From: Antedon mediterranea
Taxonomy: Eukaryota > Animalia > Echinodermata
Direction of reading: 5' to 3'
Length of the DNA stretch: 64,000 bases
Assembly: GCF_964355755.1 (NCBI RefSeq)
Contig: NC_092671.1
Span: 27,292,070-27,356,069 of the forward strand
Below, piece after piece: positions 1 to 14,449 of this stretch (position 1 is its first letter; each line of letters opens with the position of its first letter). Under the pieces are notes generated by a model that searched no databases, had not been told where the DNA came from, and was given only the letters and a program-made list of their open reading frames with translations. The translations under genes and the position numbers were made by a program.

Positions 1-279
1 GATTTTCAAATGGGGCTTTCCCCAAAAGGGCCAATTTATATTTTGTAACAATATACATTCTAGCAACACCTAATAGCCCCAAAACATCATTCTAAAATGA
101 AAAAAATTGAAAATCCATTTCAGGTCCATTTTAAAAGAGATACCTAATTGAAAAAGATGAGCTTTAAACAAAAACATGGAACAAAGTTAGCCTCCTGGTG
201 GTACAGTAGCTTGGGTTTCAACTTCATAAACTGATATACTACATACAGTACATACCTATACATAGTCACATTTGTTTGT

Positions 280-373
280 CGACAGGGGACTGTCAGACAG
301 GGGACGGTCAGACAGGGGACGGTCAGACAGGGACGGTCAGACAGGGGACAGTCAGACAGGGAACGGTCAGACA
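280..373 (+). repeat. Minisatellite, ~15-bp unit (GTCAGACAGGGGACG), ~6 copies
   Basis: Tandem copies read directly; they explain the repetitive CLTVP peptide in ORF 144..446. Confidence 0.85.
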
Positions 374-656
374 AAAGAAAATGGTATTTGATACAAAATA
401 TAATTCTATGAATGCATAACTTATGAGCCCAGTATACTCCGTTCATTACTGCAACTATGTATTTGGTTGATTAAATATTTGATCCAATAGACAGAACAAC
501 ATTTATTTCAACAATGGTAGGCGTAATTTAAATTTCATTTTTAGTTGTGGTAAACTTATTAATTAAAACATTTTAATTAACTACAGTATGTGTAGGTTGT
601 GAATTTGCTATTAAGAAACTTCTCATGCACAGGGTCTAAGGAAAATGTGTGGGAGG

Positions 657-1871
657 CAGGGATGTCACCACGGTGGTCGGCGATGGACGGGCCCGTCCAC
701 CACTCGGAATTTCCAAGCACTATTTTCATGATGCCGACCACCACTATATTTACACATAGCCTATTGTTCGTAACTTACTACACTACGATACGATGTATTG
801 TTATTATAATTATCAACGCGTCGATCATAGGGCGGTTCGTAGAGTTAATAAACAACATTGTCATCGCCTTTAGAAAACGCATGGACAATGCAAATTAACA
901 ATGTACTGTTCACTAATTAAAATCGGCACCGCCTAAAAATCCTACCTAAGGCTAGGCCTAGTAGGAGACGACACATTAGCGTAATTTAGCCCGACGAGAC
1001 GACATCGTGCGCCGAATCGACATCGGAGTGGAGTCTAGTTTCGGCGGCCTTTAGGCTTACGCTAAATTTTTTAATCCTACCTTGGCTTAGCGAATTATAA
1101 ATATGCCGACGTAAACATAAACAAAATATATGCAAAATCAATATATTCCATGTTAAGATTTAACATAGGCCTGGCCTATTCAATTATTACAACATGTCAC
1201 TGTAATAAAATGGCTCTAGTATTCTGAAGCTAACCCCGACCATAATTAATTTTGAGTGAAAAAAAACATGTGCTACGTGTGGTGGGAACATGCAGTTAAT
1301 TTAGAGTAGAGAGAGTATCGCGTTTCATGTCATGTGACACAAAATCTACAGTAGGTACACGATCTTCGTCGCGTTATTTCCAGGCCTGCCATTGAGCCAC
1401 AAACAAAATCTAGGTCTGTGCGCGCGATCGACGTTCCGATACTATATTTAGAATGTTAACGATCTTTTGTTGTCGGCATCGTTTCTGGATCGACCTATTC
1501 AGTACTACTACTAGTTGTGGTTCACCGTGTGGTGCCATCATGCCTCTACCGTGGGAAATTTCTATTTATATATATTCGCCGTCGAGTCGAGTAGATAAAA
1601 AAAACACCACGAAAAAACGGTTACAATTGATATTTATTAATAAATGCTTCCTAGTAATTTACAACTTAGTCCTCCGTCACATTAATTTAATTTGCACACC
1701 TTGTTATCTCACAAAAAACATCGTAGATTCGTAATGCACTTTTTCCAACCTTATTATGAAATGCGTGGGTTTGGCGGAGTAGCCGGTCAAGCGCCCCCCT
1801 TCCCGATTTTTTTTGGGGGGGGGGGGGGAAGATCGCCGACCACCACTCATGACATGCTGGTGACATCCCTG
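657..1871. mobile_element. Non-autonomous hAT-like DNA transposon, 14-bp TIR, 5-bp TSD
   Basis: CAGGGATGTCACCA at 657 and TGGTGACATCCCTG ending at 1871; GGAGG on both flanks (652-656, 1872-1876). Internal parts (~960-1160, ~1460-1700) recur inverted at ~29590-30240. Confidence 0.75.
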
Positions 1872-2923
1872 GGAGGGAGATGACAGCTGTCGCTTGTGTC
1901 TCAAAATAATCATCACACTCTGTTAATTACCATCCCCTCTGTTTGCCATCCCAATGGGAAAGCTTTTTATTAATTATTAACTGGGCAACAACAGTACACA
2001 TTTGTTTAGGTGATTATCACCTATATTACTGAATCTTCAATGATGTTGTAACGTTCCAAATAATTATAATAGATTTAAATATCAAACATTAAAATGACAT
2101 CAGGGATGTTGTAACCAGTGCATTTTGCTTGTTGTAACTATATTATCTCTTGTAATAATTAGTGGTGGTCAGCAGACTGTATATCATGTTCAGAAATGTT
2201 TGATTGCTGGACTGGCTCATAGACGGCTGACCAGCGTGGTGGAAACCCTGATGAGATTAATTATTTGTAAAAAAATAACAATTAGCTGTTTTTACGTCAG
2301 GTAATTAAGTAGGATGATGTTTCAACAACTGTGACGGTGGATGTCTATAATGGGTATGAAATTAACAAACAGTTTTGGTGTGCTAATTTCTCTATGCTTA
2401 CTGTACACACTGTGTATTTTCAATGTTTACTTGATAATTCCTGGCATAATTTAAAACGCAAGTTAAATTTTCCAAAAGGTCTTAAATATTGAACTACAGT
2501 AATATAAAATGGCAGATTATTGTTGATTTTGAGAGTTAGTACAGAAAACAACAGAAAATGGGCCTAAGCGAAGTGTGTGAAAAAAATACATTAATGTTGC
2601 TACAGTATGTGTGGTTTTTACATAAATGTTTTAATCTACTGCATACAAAAACATACAGCTTTACATAGTGACATCATCACGGTTAACAAATTGCAAGATG
2701 TGGGGACACGAACCTTGCTTCCTGACCATAGTCTCACATTCATGTGGAGTACACAGTTCTAATGTACAAATTACTGTTGTGTATGAATGGTATTTTGGCA
2801 TTCCTCTCAGAGTCCGACATGAGTACAAGTGGCCTTATGATGTCATGACACTGCACTGTTTACTCTAGAGCGGCAACAAATATTCTACCATAAAAAAAAT
2901 GATGAACAAGCTTATTTATACTA

Positions 2924-3187
<264 letters not shown>

Positions 3188-3619
3188 CTGAGAAAAAACC
3201 AGAAACAAAATCAATAAGGTTATGAATGCGTTCATACTAATCTACTATACGCCCGCCTGGTAGGTTTTTACATGAGAAAACATGATACTACTACAGTAAG
3301 AGTAACACACGCTAGTGGTAAATTTAACTCATAATATATTTTTCCTTCCAGAAAAAAGTTAAAATCAGTTAAAAAAAACTATTAAACTAAATTCATTCTC
3401 AAATGCGTCAATCATCAGCTTCTGAACAACACTTAGGCATTTCACAGAGGGCGGTTTTCAGTTTCGGAATAAAACATTATTTCGACAGTTTTTTACATTA
3501 AAAATGTATAAAACGTACATATCACAATAACATTAAATATGTTAGCATGCACTGTACTTATTAACAATTTTTATCATAAACCCTGCCTGCGGCGACAAAT
3601 GATTCAATATGTGACACTG

Positions 3620-3830
3620 ATGACAGTGAGTAAATCCTTGTACAGTGAAACACGCCAATCTTCTAAGGTAGTTAATCCAATGAAGATGCTGGCCTCTAAG
3701 ATAATACTTTTAAAGGCCTTTCTCTGGATTTGTTCTAATTGCTGACGCTCTCTGTTGCTTTGTAATATTGGATTCCCAAACTGGGGGCCGCAATAAACGG
3801 TACCGTCATGTATCGGCCGCGCTAGCGTTT
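3620..3830 (-). mobile_element. Degraded CR1/L2-group LINE ORF2 fragment (post-RT region)
   Basis: Frameshifted minus-strand translation PVWESNITKQ / QLEQIQRKAFKSII..GLTTLEDWRVSLY resembles the PVW..LE.IQ.RA..L.TL..RR pattern of CR1/L2-type ORF2. Confidence 0.6.
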
Positions 3831-4053
3831 TTGTGGATTGGCATGTTTCTTTAGCTAAATAAAAAATAATGGTGTTATTTTGAATATGAAGTCTTTCATT
3901 TTATTATTTATTAATTGTATTGGGATCAGGTGCCGTTTTCGTATTGTATGTATAGGCCTACCCTAATTTCACTATATAACTAACGGACCTGTTTGGAAAT
4001 GGTAACTAAAACTAGGGCTAGGCCATATCCACCTAGGATATCATCTAGCCTAG

Positions 4054-4620
4054 TTCATTTCATTTCATTTCATTATTTATTTGGTCTATTTAAGTATATA
4101 CAAAACAAAAAAAACTGAAATTGGGGAGACCAGGGTCAACCTAAGTGAACTTAATCACTGTAGCTGAGCCGGTTGACCCAACCCCAAAGTCAGTTTACAC
4201 ATAAAAGACGTAAAGACAAAATACAGTTACAGCGAATCAAAATGAATATGAACTTTTCTAATGAAGGCTGATGGGCTTTCTAGGACTGCAGCATCTGTCA
4301 ATGGTCTGGGAAGCTGGTCTCAGACACGGGGAAACCTGATTGCTATAGAATGGAAAAAAGCCTGTGTCCTTGAGCTTGATGTCTGAAGCACAAGCGATCA
4401 TTGTGACGAGTATTTATTAAAATACAGTTATGAACTGTGCTGCAGTCCAGAAACCCCACCAGAACCTTAAAACAAAATATAATAAGACATTTATCTCTTC
4501 TAACAGAAAAAGATGAAATTGAAAGCAAATTTAACCTCTACTCAAAGCACATCTGTCCACGATTGCTGTTTGAGAGCAAGACGACTTGCTCTCCTATGGA
4601 CCCCCTCAAGCTGATCTGCT
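4054..4620 (-). mobile_element. 5'-truncated CR1-type LINE 3' end with (TGAAA)n tail
   Basis: Minus strand gives ADQLEGVHRRASRLAL / RLNLLSISSFSVRRDKCLIIFCFKVLVGFLD / RTQAFFHSIAIRFPRV*DQLP, followed by a short tandem tail (TTCAT repeats at 4054-4075 on +). Confidence 0.75.
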
Positions 4621-4645
4621 AGTAGGCCTAGGCCTGACCTAGGCC

Positions 4646-5691
4646 GAGTGTTGACAAAGTGCGAGGCAGCGAGGCACGCTTGTATTTTAACTCCAAATTT
4701 GATAACTAACTTTATCGTGTGAATACCACACCTTAGAAGTATACCTCATGAGTACTTTAATGAAAGAATCACATAACAAGTAACAAATAAATCCTTAAAT
4801 TAATGATTTTACAGGCGTGTTTCTCGCACACTGTTCGCGAATTTCACTTATTCAATGTTCAATATTTTTGTTTCTATGGAGCGCCAAAAGAGCAACGATA
4901 ATAGAGGACTAAAACTCAGTGGAATGCGTCGATTTCTCATGCATTTATTGGTGAAAAACACGTTTTATTTCAATATATTTGTTAATTTGTCAATAAAAAT
5001 GCTGTAATATGTTACTGCTGATACTGTTCTGTTTTCAAAGAATAATAATCGATCCTAAATCAACATCACTACCTAGTCTAGACCTAGGACATCCTACTAA
5101 GGATATTATGATGAATTTTTCTATTTTATTCTTTAAAAGGTTACCGAAACCGTGTACATTATCAACAGTACACCGGTGAACAGTAACATTTTTCCTTACT
5201 GACAGTGACAAAATCTATTGAAATTGTACTTGATTTTCACCAAATAATGCGTTAAATATAAATGGATTCCACAGAGTTTTTAGCCCTCTAATTTATTTTG
5301 CTCTTTTGGCGTTCCATAGAAACCAAAATATTGAACATTGAGTGTGCGAAATGCGAGAAAAACAACGTCTGCAAAATAACCAATTTAATGGATTTATTGT
5401 TACTTTTATGTGATTTTTCTTCATTAAAGTAGGCCTACCAATTCTAAGCTGTCGTATTCAGGATAAAGTTGGCTAAAATACAAGGCAGGTGCAAAAGGAA
5501 ACTAGCCTAGCGGGCCTAGGCCTAGGCTACTTCAATTTCGGTGATTTCCTGCCTTGCAATATTGAGAAATGATAAAATGATGCCTCGCATTTTTTGATGA
5601 TGGTAAAACGATGCCTCGCATAAATTTCTGACTTGCCTCGCATGCCTTCCCTGCCTCGCGTGCCTCGCTGCCTCGCACTTTGTTACTACCC
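4646..5691 (+). mobile_element. Non-autonomous MULE-like element with 9-bp TSD and internal foldback
   Basis: Left end GAGTGTTGACAAAGTGCGAGGCAGCGAGGCACGC; right end reverse complement GGGTAGTAACAAAGTGCGAGGCAGCGAGGCACGC; ACCTAGGCC at 4637-4645 and 5692-5700; subterminal TGCCTCGC repeats. Confidence 0.7.
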
Positions 5692-5885
5692 ACCTAGGCC
5701 TATATGCAGGCCTAGCCTCTAGCTAGCTAGGGCAGCAGGGCCTCCTCTAGTCTCTATCTAGGCCTAGCCTAGAGTCTAGTAAGTAGAGGCTAGCCTAGGC
5801 CCTAGGCCTAGCTAGAGTAGGCTAGGCTAGTATCCCGCTAGTAGTAGGCCTATTAGGCCTAGCTAGCCTAGGCCTAGACTAGGTA
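5692..5885. repeat. Low-complexity cluster of CTAG/TAGGCCTA/TAGCCTA words
   Basis: Dense run of short palindromic words without strict periodicity. Confidence 0.7.
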
Positions 5886-6127
5886 GATATTAAATTTTTA
5901 GTAATAGTCCAGCTCAACGGTTGATATAGCTATAACAACAACATTAATTATTCTAAATCATCGTATACTTGTCTACATGATAATATAGTGTACTGTATTT
6001 ACGATGGTTATAATAAAACAAACCTTAACAAAAGCAGTCGACATTTTTTTGTATTTTGGTGCCTCAAAATTCTTTTGTTTGAGGGCGCTATAAGATATGC
6101 AATTTTCAGAGACAGAGACAGTTAATT

Positions 6128-6380
6128 ACTAGATTTAATTCGTCACTATGACGAATTATAGGTTATATGCATTGATTTAAATAAAGATAATTGATTTTTA
6201 AAAGATATTTTGATTCATTGATTTTCTCAGATTCTTTAATTATTTATAATATATGATAGGACCCTGCTAACGCGAATACAATAGCCGGTATCACAATCCG
6301 ATCAAAGATCCCTCTGCGTATAATGTCATAAACCACATTTGCTGTTACATAATAATAAAGACATAAGTTATTTTTTATCT
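6128..6380 (-). mobile_element. Helitron-like 3' end (hairpin plus CTAG); inverted copy at ~30240-30426
   Basis: AATTCGTCA..TGACGAATT hairpin next to CTAG|T; the same block is read in reverse complement at 30240-30426. A related end is at ~7536-7570. Confidence 0.6.
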
Positions 6381-7938
6381 AGATTTCATTATAAATCATG
6401 TGTATAATATATACACTAAGAAATAAATTTGAACAAACAATACGGATAATAAAAAAAAAATCTTATTTCGTTTCCCAAGGTGAGACTCGATCTCGGTACC
6501 TTGAGTGCCATAGACACGAGCACACACCACCGAGCCATACACAACTGACTGAAAATTGTAGAAAAATTCTTCCGTGTATTTACTATGCAGTAACCACTTT
6601 GGTGCAGATAGATTATTACATACCGCAATGAATTATAATTTTTTACTATGATGACATCTCTAAAAATGTACAACAATGATGCACTGTCAAACTATATACT
6701 TAATATAATAATATAAACTTTTGAAGGAAGAAAGTTAATGTTAAGTTTGTTATTTTGGCCTAAGAAAATGTCATAATTTGTTTGATTGTCGAAATGAATT
6801 TTTTTTAATTTAATATGCAATTAATTATGGCTTAATCAACTTTTGTTCCCTTAGTTTAATAATAAATCATACATAAGATACATACACTTCAAGAAAATGA
6901 AATAAAAAATATGTGTTCCCGAGCATTCTGACGATCTATATTAATTTTAAAATTTAGCATATTTTCACCATTTTGTTAACTTACACGTGCGTAGCCTGTC
7001 ACTTTTGACGTGCTCGTATAAGGCAATTTCGCGTTGAAAAGTGAATAAAATATGATGATATTATTAAAGAAAGGTTGTACAACCGAAATCGGACAAAAAG
7101 AATGCGCATTAACGTATAACGCGCAGTGCGCGTGCAGAAATCTGCGCACCCATGGCAATTTTTTAAACGCTTAAAATTGCCTGAAACGTACTCTAATTTC
7201 ATCGAAAATAAATTTTGACAATTTTGAACATTTTAAGCGCGCGTACGCAAGCGTTATATGCGCTACACACGTAAGTGTATTGCCATGTGATGAAATATGA
7301 CCTGAAATTTATGAGTACCAAATTTTGTTTAATTGTGATTCATGCTTGTGAAGATATGATTACAAACGTGATTTCGTAAAATCGCGCGTAGACCGCGTAA
7401 TTTTTGATTACGCATCGTGAAAATATAACCACATCGATTCCTGGCCATAAGGAATACACTCTGAAAAATTGACTTAGATAGATGAAACTGATGCCAAGAT
7501 AATTCACGGACAAAATAGTGCTAAGGAAAGAATAAACTAGACATGAAACTCGTCACTTTGACGAGTTAGTTATCCGCACGACAAACGCCACGTGCACGTG
7601 GACACAGAAAAAGATTATGGCATATTGACATGAACTGAAGAGTATAATATGTTGTTAGTGCTAAACTTGACGGGTTGTTTGTTGTAAAGAAAAAATATAC
7701 ATTTACTCAACGGGCGAAAATAATGTGAGTTTATCTATGTTTTGCGGTAGTATTAAATTATATTTATGGTAATAAATGAAACCTACTGTGTTTAAAATTA
7801 TGTATGGATAAACAAGTATTGTTTTTAAGCTGTAGTATATCTTAGTATTTGTAATCTTAGGTGTTGGGTCTTAGCTTTCGTGATCTTAGGTCTTAGTTAG
7901 GGGGTCTGAGCTTTCGTGGTCTGAGCTTTCGTGACACC

Positions 7939-9801
7939 CCTTTTGCACCTGCCTTGTATTTTAACCAACTTTATCCTGAATATCACAGCTTAGAATTAGG
8001 CCTACTTTAATGAAGAAAAATCACATAAAAGTAACAATAAATCCATTAAATTGGTGATTTTACAGACGTTGTTTTTCTCGCATTTCGCACACTCAATGTT
8101 CAATATTTTGGTTTCTATGGAACGCCAAAAGAGCAAAATTAATTAGAGGGCTAAAAACTCTGTGGAATCCATTTATTATATTTAACGCATTATTTGGTGA
8201 AAATCAAGTACAATTTCAATAGATTTTGTCACTGTCAGTAAGGAAAAATGTTACTGTTGATAATGTACACCGTCGTTAACCTTTTAAAGAATAAAATAGA
8301 AAAATTCATCATAATATCCTTAGTAGGATGTCCTAGGTCTAGACTAGGTAGTGATGTTGATTTAGGATCGATTATTATTCTTTGAAAACAGAACAGTATC
8401 AGCAGTAACATATTACAGCATTTTTATTGACAAATTAACAAATATATTGAAATAAAACGTGTTTTTCACCAATAAATGCATGAGAAATCGACGCATTCCA
8501 CTGAGTTTTAGTCCTCTATTATCGTTGCTCTTTTGGCGCTCCATAGAAACAAAAATATTGAACATTGAATAAATGAAATTCGCGAAGAACAGTGTGCGAG
8601 AAACACGCCTGTAAAATCATTAATTTAAGGATTTATTTATTCCTTTTTATGTGATTCTTTCATTAAAGTACTCATGAGGTATACTTCTAAGGTGTGGTAT
8701 TCACACGATAAAGTTAGTTATCAAATTTGGAGTAAAAATACAAGCGAAGGAAACAAGCGCCAGGTTTATTAGTATGTACATGGACAACAATAAATAAAAA
8801 TCGTTCGTAATATACCTAGCTTACTAAAGCAGGAATAGTGTATCATTATTAAATATTACACCAATTATTATTATATCAAAATTGATTAAATTATTTTCTA
8901 CATAGGCCTCTTATCTAGGTTAGGGCTAAGCATATTAGCTAAAGTTTAATTTTAGGCCTAGTATTACAATTGTCGGACGTAAGTCTTTTTTCACACGCGC
9001 TCCAGAATTCTGTCGCAATTTTTTTCTTTGCGGCATGTTATTGGATCGGCATATCAGTTACCTTTTATTCACCGCCAGTTATTGAACTTGTCCTGGCAAT
9101 CGCTGTTCACCTTATTTGCGAGAGGTACACGTGTTGTTCGTAGAGAATGGAATGTCAAAAATGTCTTTGGCACGCCGCTCAGAGAGAAGTATGTGCGTTG
9201 CTGCTGAAACCACGTGCTATAGTAGGGGAATGCACCACAGTCCTCTGAGCTGAGGGCTGAATCATTCCGCTACCTGCTAAATAGTAAAGAGGGATTTTCC
9301 ATCTCTCGGGTCTACCGGATCTAGGCGCAGGGGTGTGACAAAATATTATTTTCACTCTGCTATGTTCGAGAGACATGTGAGTGAACACGCTCGAAATGCC
9401 AACAAACATTGCAGTCATTTGATGAGTGTGTCGCTATAACAATTATTGTTTATCGAAAGTTGAAGACTGTCGTTCAGATTTTTGAACCGTAGTTTGGGCA
9501 CTTTTGTAAAAGTAAAATTTGACACGATATGACTTGAATGAAAAAACAGTCGTTACATAAAAATAAACAACATGATGAGTGTATACACGAATCTATTTAG
9601 ATACGCTTGTATCGATTGATTATTAGGCCTATAATATAGCATAATAGCACGTTAAGATATGCCTCGCACCTTTTTGAAATTGTAAAATATATGCCTCGCA
9701 TGCCTCGCACTTTTGGAAATGATAAAATGATGCCTCGCACAAGTATTTGGCGTGCCTCGCATGCCTCGCGTGCCTCGCTGCCTCGCACTTTGTCAACACT
9801 C
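7939..9801 (-). mobile_element. Second, longer, one-end-truncated copy of the 4646 MULE-like element
   Basis: 7939-8746 is the near-identical reverse complement of 4677-5498. The terminus GCGTGCCTCGCTGCCTCGCACTTTGTCAACACTC ending at 9801 is the exact reverse complement of 4646-4679. Confidence 0.8.
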
Positions 9802-10589
9802 CACTTATAGTGCTGAGTTCTACCTATGTGTCATACAATATGTACAGTATATACTGTATATCTATATACAGTGTAGCATAGGTGAAATTACGGGACTCAT
9901 ATCGTGTTCTAATTTTTTGGTATGATGGAATTTTCAAAATAAACTCGAAGATGACAATTTTGAAAGATAATGAATTGAGAAAATAAATATAAGGATTGGA
10001 AGAAAATTTGACACGTAGAAGCGCAATGCGCGGTCTTTGAAATTTGTATAACTTTTTAACTTCAACTGGCCATATGATAACATCACAACATCCGATAGGC
10101 TTAATTTTAATATGAATTCATATCTACATTTCATCAGCTTTCATAATAACTTATAATCTTCAAGGTCACCTTTAATTCTGAAGAGCTATAAGATATTCAA
10201 ATGTATGGTGTAGCTGAAATTACACGACCTAGGTTATTCAAGTTTTTACGCGTGATGACGTCATCAAAATAAAAATGTTGACAACTCATTAGAAGAATAA
10301 TTAATTGAGCAAGCACATACTAAAAGTTGTGCGAAAATCGGGCTCAAATAACGGAGATGCGCTCTATTGAATGTGATAACCCACACAAAAAGAAAAAAAT
10401 TCCTAATTTTTAAATTCAAGTGGCCATTTGATGACGTCATACCATTTTGTACGTCTAATGTGTATATACATTTGTATCTACAACTTATTGGCTTCCATAA
10501 TAAGTTAAAAAAATTGGGGGTCATCTGCCATTCTGAAGAGTTACTGTATATTCATTTTAAAAAGTCCTTATTTTTTACCATTTTTAGCA

Positions 10590-11196
10590 CTTTTGTACAA
10601 TTAGTGTGCGCATTTTGTCACTTTTAACGTGCTCGTATAGCGTTATTTTAAGTCGGAATGGACTCAAAATTGGTGAATGTACTAAGGATTGTGAGTAGAA
10701 TGTGATTTATACATCAAATTTTTTTTTTTACGCATTTTAAGAATCGTGCGCACAAAAACGCATTTTTGCGCAGTAATTTTTTGAAACGCGCAAATGGCCT
10801 AATTCATGCTCTAAATTGATCAAAACCTAATTTTGCGCGTTTTAAATTTTTAACGCGCGATTTCACGTGCATGACCTTGAAACGCGCAACTTTTTATTTG
10901 CTAATATTTTTACCCTTGACCTGAAGTTTACCTGTAGTGAATTTCATTAATATGTCATAATGAATTATGAAGATATGATTGATAATGTGATTTCACAAAA
11001 TGGCGTATAAATGACGTCACGGATGAGTGATCACGCTGGAAAGCTGATTAGGATTAAGTTATATTATTTAAAAGATATTCTGAAATTTTGGTAATCATTG
11101 ACATTAAACAGAAACAATAAAAAGAAAAAAAAAAAAATAATAAAGATTTCATACAATAACAATAGGTGATCATTTTATTCTAAATGATCACCTAAT
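10590..11196 (+). mobile_element. Dispersed repeat ending in a stem-loop (Helentron/DINE-like); diverged copy at ~6950-7500
   Basis: Shared CACTTTT(G/A)ACGTGCTCGTATA and downstream blocks at ~7000 and ~10619; 13-bp stem TAGGTGATCATTT/AAATGATCACCTA at 11163-11194. Confidence 0.45.
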
Positions 11197-11904
11197 TAAA
11201 GATACTAGTACTGTATAATGTAAAAAATATGGCTATACAATCAAATTATTTAGCATTTTGTACTTTTGTTGCAATAGCCAATCAGTTTTCTGAATGTCTT
11301 TCTTTTTCTCTACAGGAGATTAATTATTATTAAGAAAATTAAGAAAATGAATAATGCATATTTGGTAGTATTATTATTTTTTCATTACAAAGCATATAAA
11401 TTATAATAACATCATAGGGTATTGCTAAACACCGCAAACCCCCGCAAACCCCCCAAAAAACATAGCAAACCCCATCGAACCAACATAAAAGTGATTGAAT
11501 CATGTAGTGTACAACCCACTGGGTATATCCATGTAAAAGAAATATTACATTTTTATATTCGGTCTAACAACTTTTAGCAAAAAATGACCAAAAAACACAT
11601 TTTCAGGTTAAATTATTCTTTAAAATGCAAATGGACAAACTGTATGGTATCAAATGAAAGAATACATAATGTGCTACCCACTGCTACCCAACTTGTATTG
11701 AAAATATTTAATTATGAAGCTAATTGTATGGAAAATGTGCATATTTTGATTAATTTTATAGAAAAAATGAATATTTGGTAGCATAATTGTTATGTTTATT
11801 TATATAATATTGACTGAAATAATACGTTGAATTCTATTATGTACAACGCTTGTGTGTGAAACAGCCACCTGATGTGAACTTACATGGCATTCTTATCAAC
11901 GTAT

Positions 11905-12300
11905 AAACTATTGTGATTATGAATATGGAATAGATACTAAGATTATGAATTAACAAAGATTATATATGTGAAAAAGAATAGAATAGTTTAGGAATTTAAG
12001 AAATATTGTGACACAAATTATTGTAATTATAAATATGGAATAGATAGATGAATTATGAAATAACAATTATATGTATGAAAGAGAATAGAATAGTATACGA
12101 ATTTAAGAAATAGTGTGAAACAAAGTATTGTAATTATAAATATGGAATAGATAGATGAATTATGAAGTAACAATTATATGTATGAAAGAGAATAGAATAG
12201 TATACGAATTTAAGAAATAGTGTGAAACAAAGTATTGTTATTATAAATATGGAATGTATACTGAATTATGAATTAAATATAATTATGTGAAAAAGAAATG
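11905..12300 (+). repeat. AT-rich tandem repeat, ~107-bp period, ~3.5 copies
   Basis: ATTGTAATTATAAATATGGAATAGATAGATGAATTATGAA recurs at ~12020 and ~12127, with degenerate copies on either side. Confidence 0.75.
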
Positions 12301-14449
12301 AAAATAAATAAGAGAAATTAATAAAATTAGTGACTGAAATATATTAGACGATGAATGATTTATAATCGAAGTATATAAGACGAGATAGAGAAAGTGTTGT
12401 ATTAATTGAATCTTAGGGAATGGGGATAATAATTTAAAAGGGTAATTCGAGATTTATAAAATGAAATTAATTGAATAATATTGTAAAGTGTAACGATGAT
12501 GCAAGTATATGTATAGGGGAATTAGGGTATTACGGTAATTATTTATTTATTGTTGTATTCATTTATTTGTTTATTGTATTTAATTGGGTTTTGAGTATTA
12601 AGAACTGAGTAAAGGCCATCTCTAGAGATAATTGAAGTAGCAAAGTGAATTTGTAAGAAATTTATTTATTTGGGTATTGTTAACGGGTATTTATTTTTAT
12701 TAGATATTATTGGATGGTTAATATATATAGCGCCCTCTATAAAGTTCCATATTATGTCATAATTATTCTTATGAAATATTCATGATTTCTGGCTTAATTG
12801 AATAGGAAAAAAAATAATGCTACCGGGCCCCTATCAGACGTAGATTAGTATGACCATGAATAACTGACACTATACATTTAGATACATTGAGATTGAGATA
12901 TGAATGTGAATACATGTATTCACATTCATATCTCAATCTCACCATTCAGTTAGATTCTTGTAAAAGCAATAGATCATGCATGGTGTACTTTAAATAAGTT
13001 GATATCATTCACAAACATAAAAAAATGTTCATCAATAATAACTCTCTGAAATTAATCGATCACATTTAAAACAACTTTCAAAGAATGAAAATTGTAGTTT
13101 TATAAAGAAGACTATATGTGAGACTTTAACAAATTCTTTGGTCATTTCGGTCTAAAAAACCTCGCATTGAAAAAAAGTAAAGATACATTTGTTTCACACA
13201 TTCGGCAAAAAATCAAGTTGATACTAGAAACTGGAAAGATGAAAGACACCGGCCTATAACTTGTAACATCAGACTTTAAAAAATATGTCTTTTTTCCAAA
13301 TCTATTTTCGAAAATACATCTATTATAATCAAGGATTAGAAAAAATATAAAAATACATTACTAATTCTATTATTAGCTTTAAAAAAAAATGTTTCTAGCC
13401 ACAACTAATTAGAGGCCGTGTATGATATGAGAGCGCTGCTTCGTTTGCTTGCTATAGTCTTGTGGTTGCTGTAGTTTTGAATAGAGATGCCAAATGCCGT
13501 ACAGGTGTTTGCGACCACGGTATAAATGATGTGCCGAAGATTACTGGGATCTGTCTATAGTCCGTTGCAATTCTCTTGAATATTATAACTGCTTAAAGTC
13601 ATCATAAGTAAGGCCGAGGCTGCGCTCAGTCAACTCTTTCATTATTTGTAAAATATTAAATTATAGCAATTAGTGATAACTGCATGAATATAAATGCGTA
13701 ACATACCCGTATGTTTCAAACTTAAACAGTTGTTCGTTTCTTTGGGTGGTCTACGGAACCATGGCTCCCGGATGGGGACTCCTGGAAATGGAGAACCGAC
13801 AATTTAATTAATAAGATAAAAAACAAAAAATGCTAAATCAACAGATATAAACCAGGTAGGTAGGTAGGTAGGCCAGGTATAAACACATGACTCACAGCGC
13901 TTGTTTTTTATTTTTTAAATAACATTTTATCATTATTATTTAAATATTTTATGTTATTTTTATATGTTGTAATGAACTTGTATTTTAAATTATTTATTAA
14001 TAGCTATTTTAATATTGTAAAGTCAACAATGTTTACTTTGTTGCAATAAAGAATTTGAATTTGAATTTAAGTAATATAAGACTGATGATATTTTATTCCA
14101 TGTTTCGACAATTCACATTCATTTTTTATTCTGGTGAGAAGTTGTTTTTGTTAACTATGAAGGACGTTAGGCCTAGTTATCACTTATATGTTTGTTATTC
14201 CTCGTGTATCGAGCAGCGTAGTAGGTGAGTGTACTTTTAAATTATAACATATTTATCTCGAACAGGATAGAAAACAACTATCGCATCCCTACCATGAGAA
14301 ACGTGAATGAAGTACTAAAACACATTGTATGTTCCTTGAGGAAGCCTACACATGGTTAATATTTGTACACACAAGCACAATTCGTTCATTACAAACAAAT
14401 GAAAAAAGAACATTACATTCAATTTGGATTTGGGGAAAAAGTGCACTTA

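Noticed and set aside
2235-2262. Hammerhead ribozyme core (CTGATGAG near GAAA)
   Set aside because: No stems in the required order or spacing around the core motifs.
2660-2885. Exon-like minus-strand block as ULK4 exon 2
   Set aside because: There are stops in all frames and no similarity to the expected GGSL..LPE continuation.
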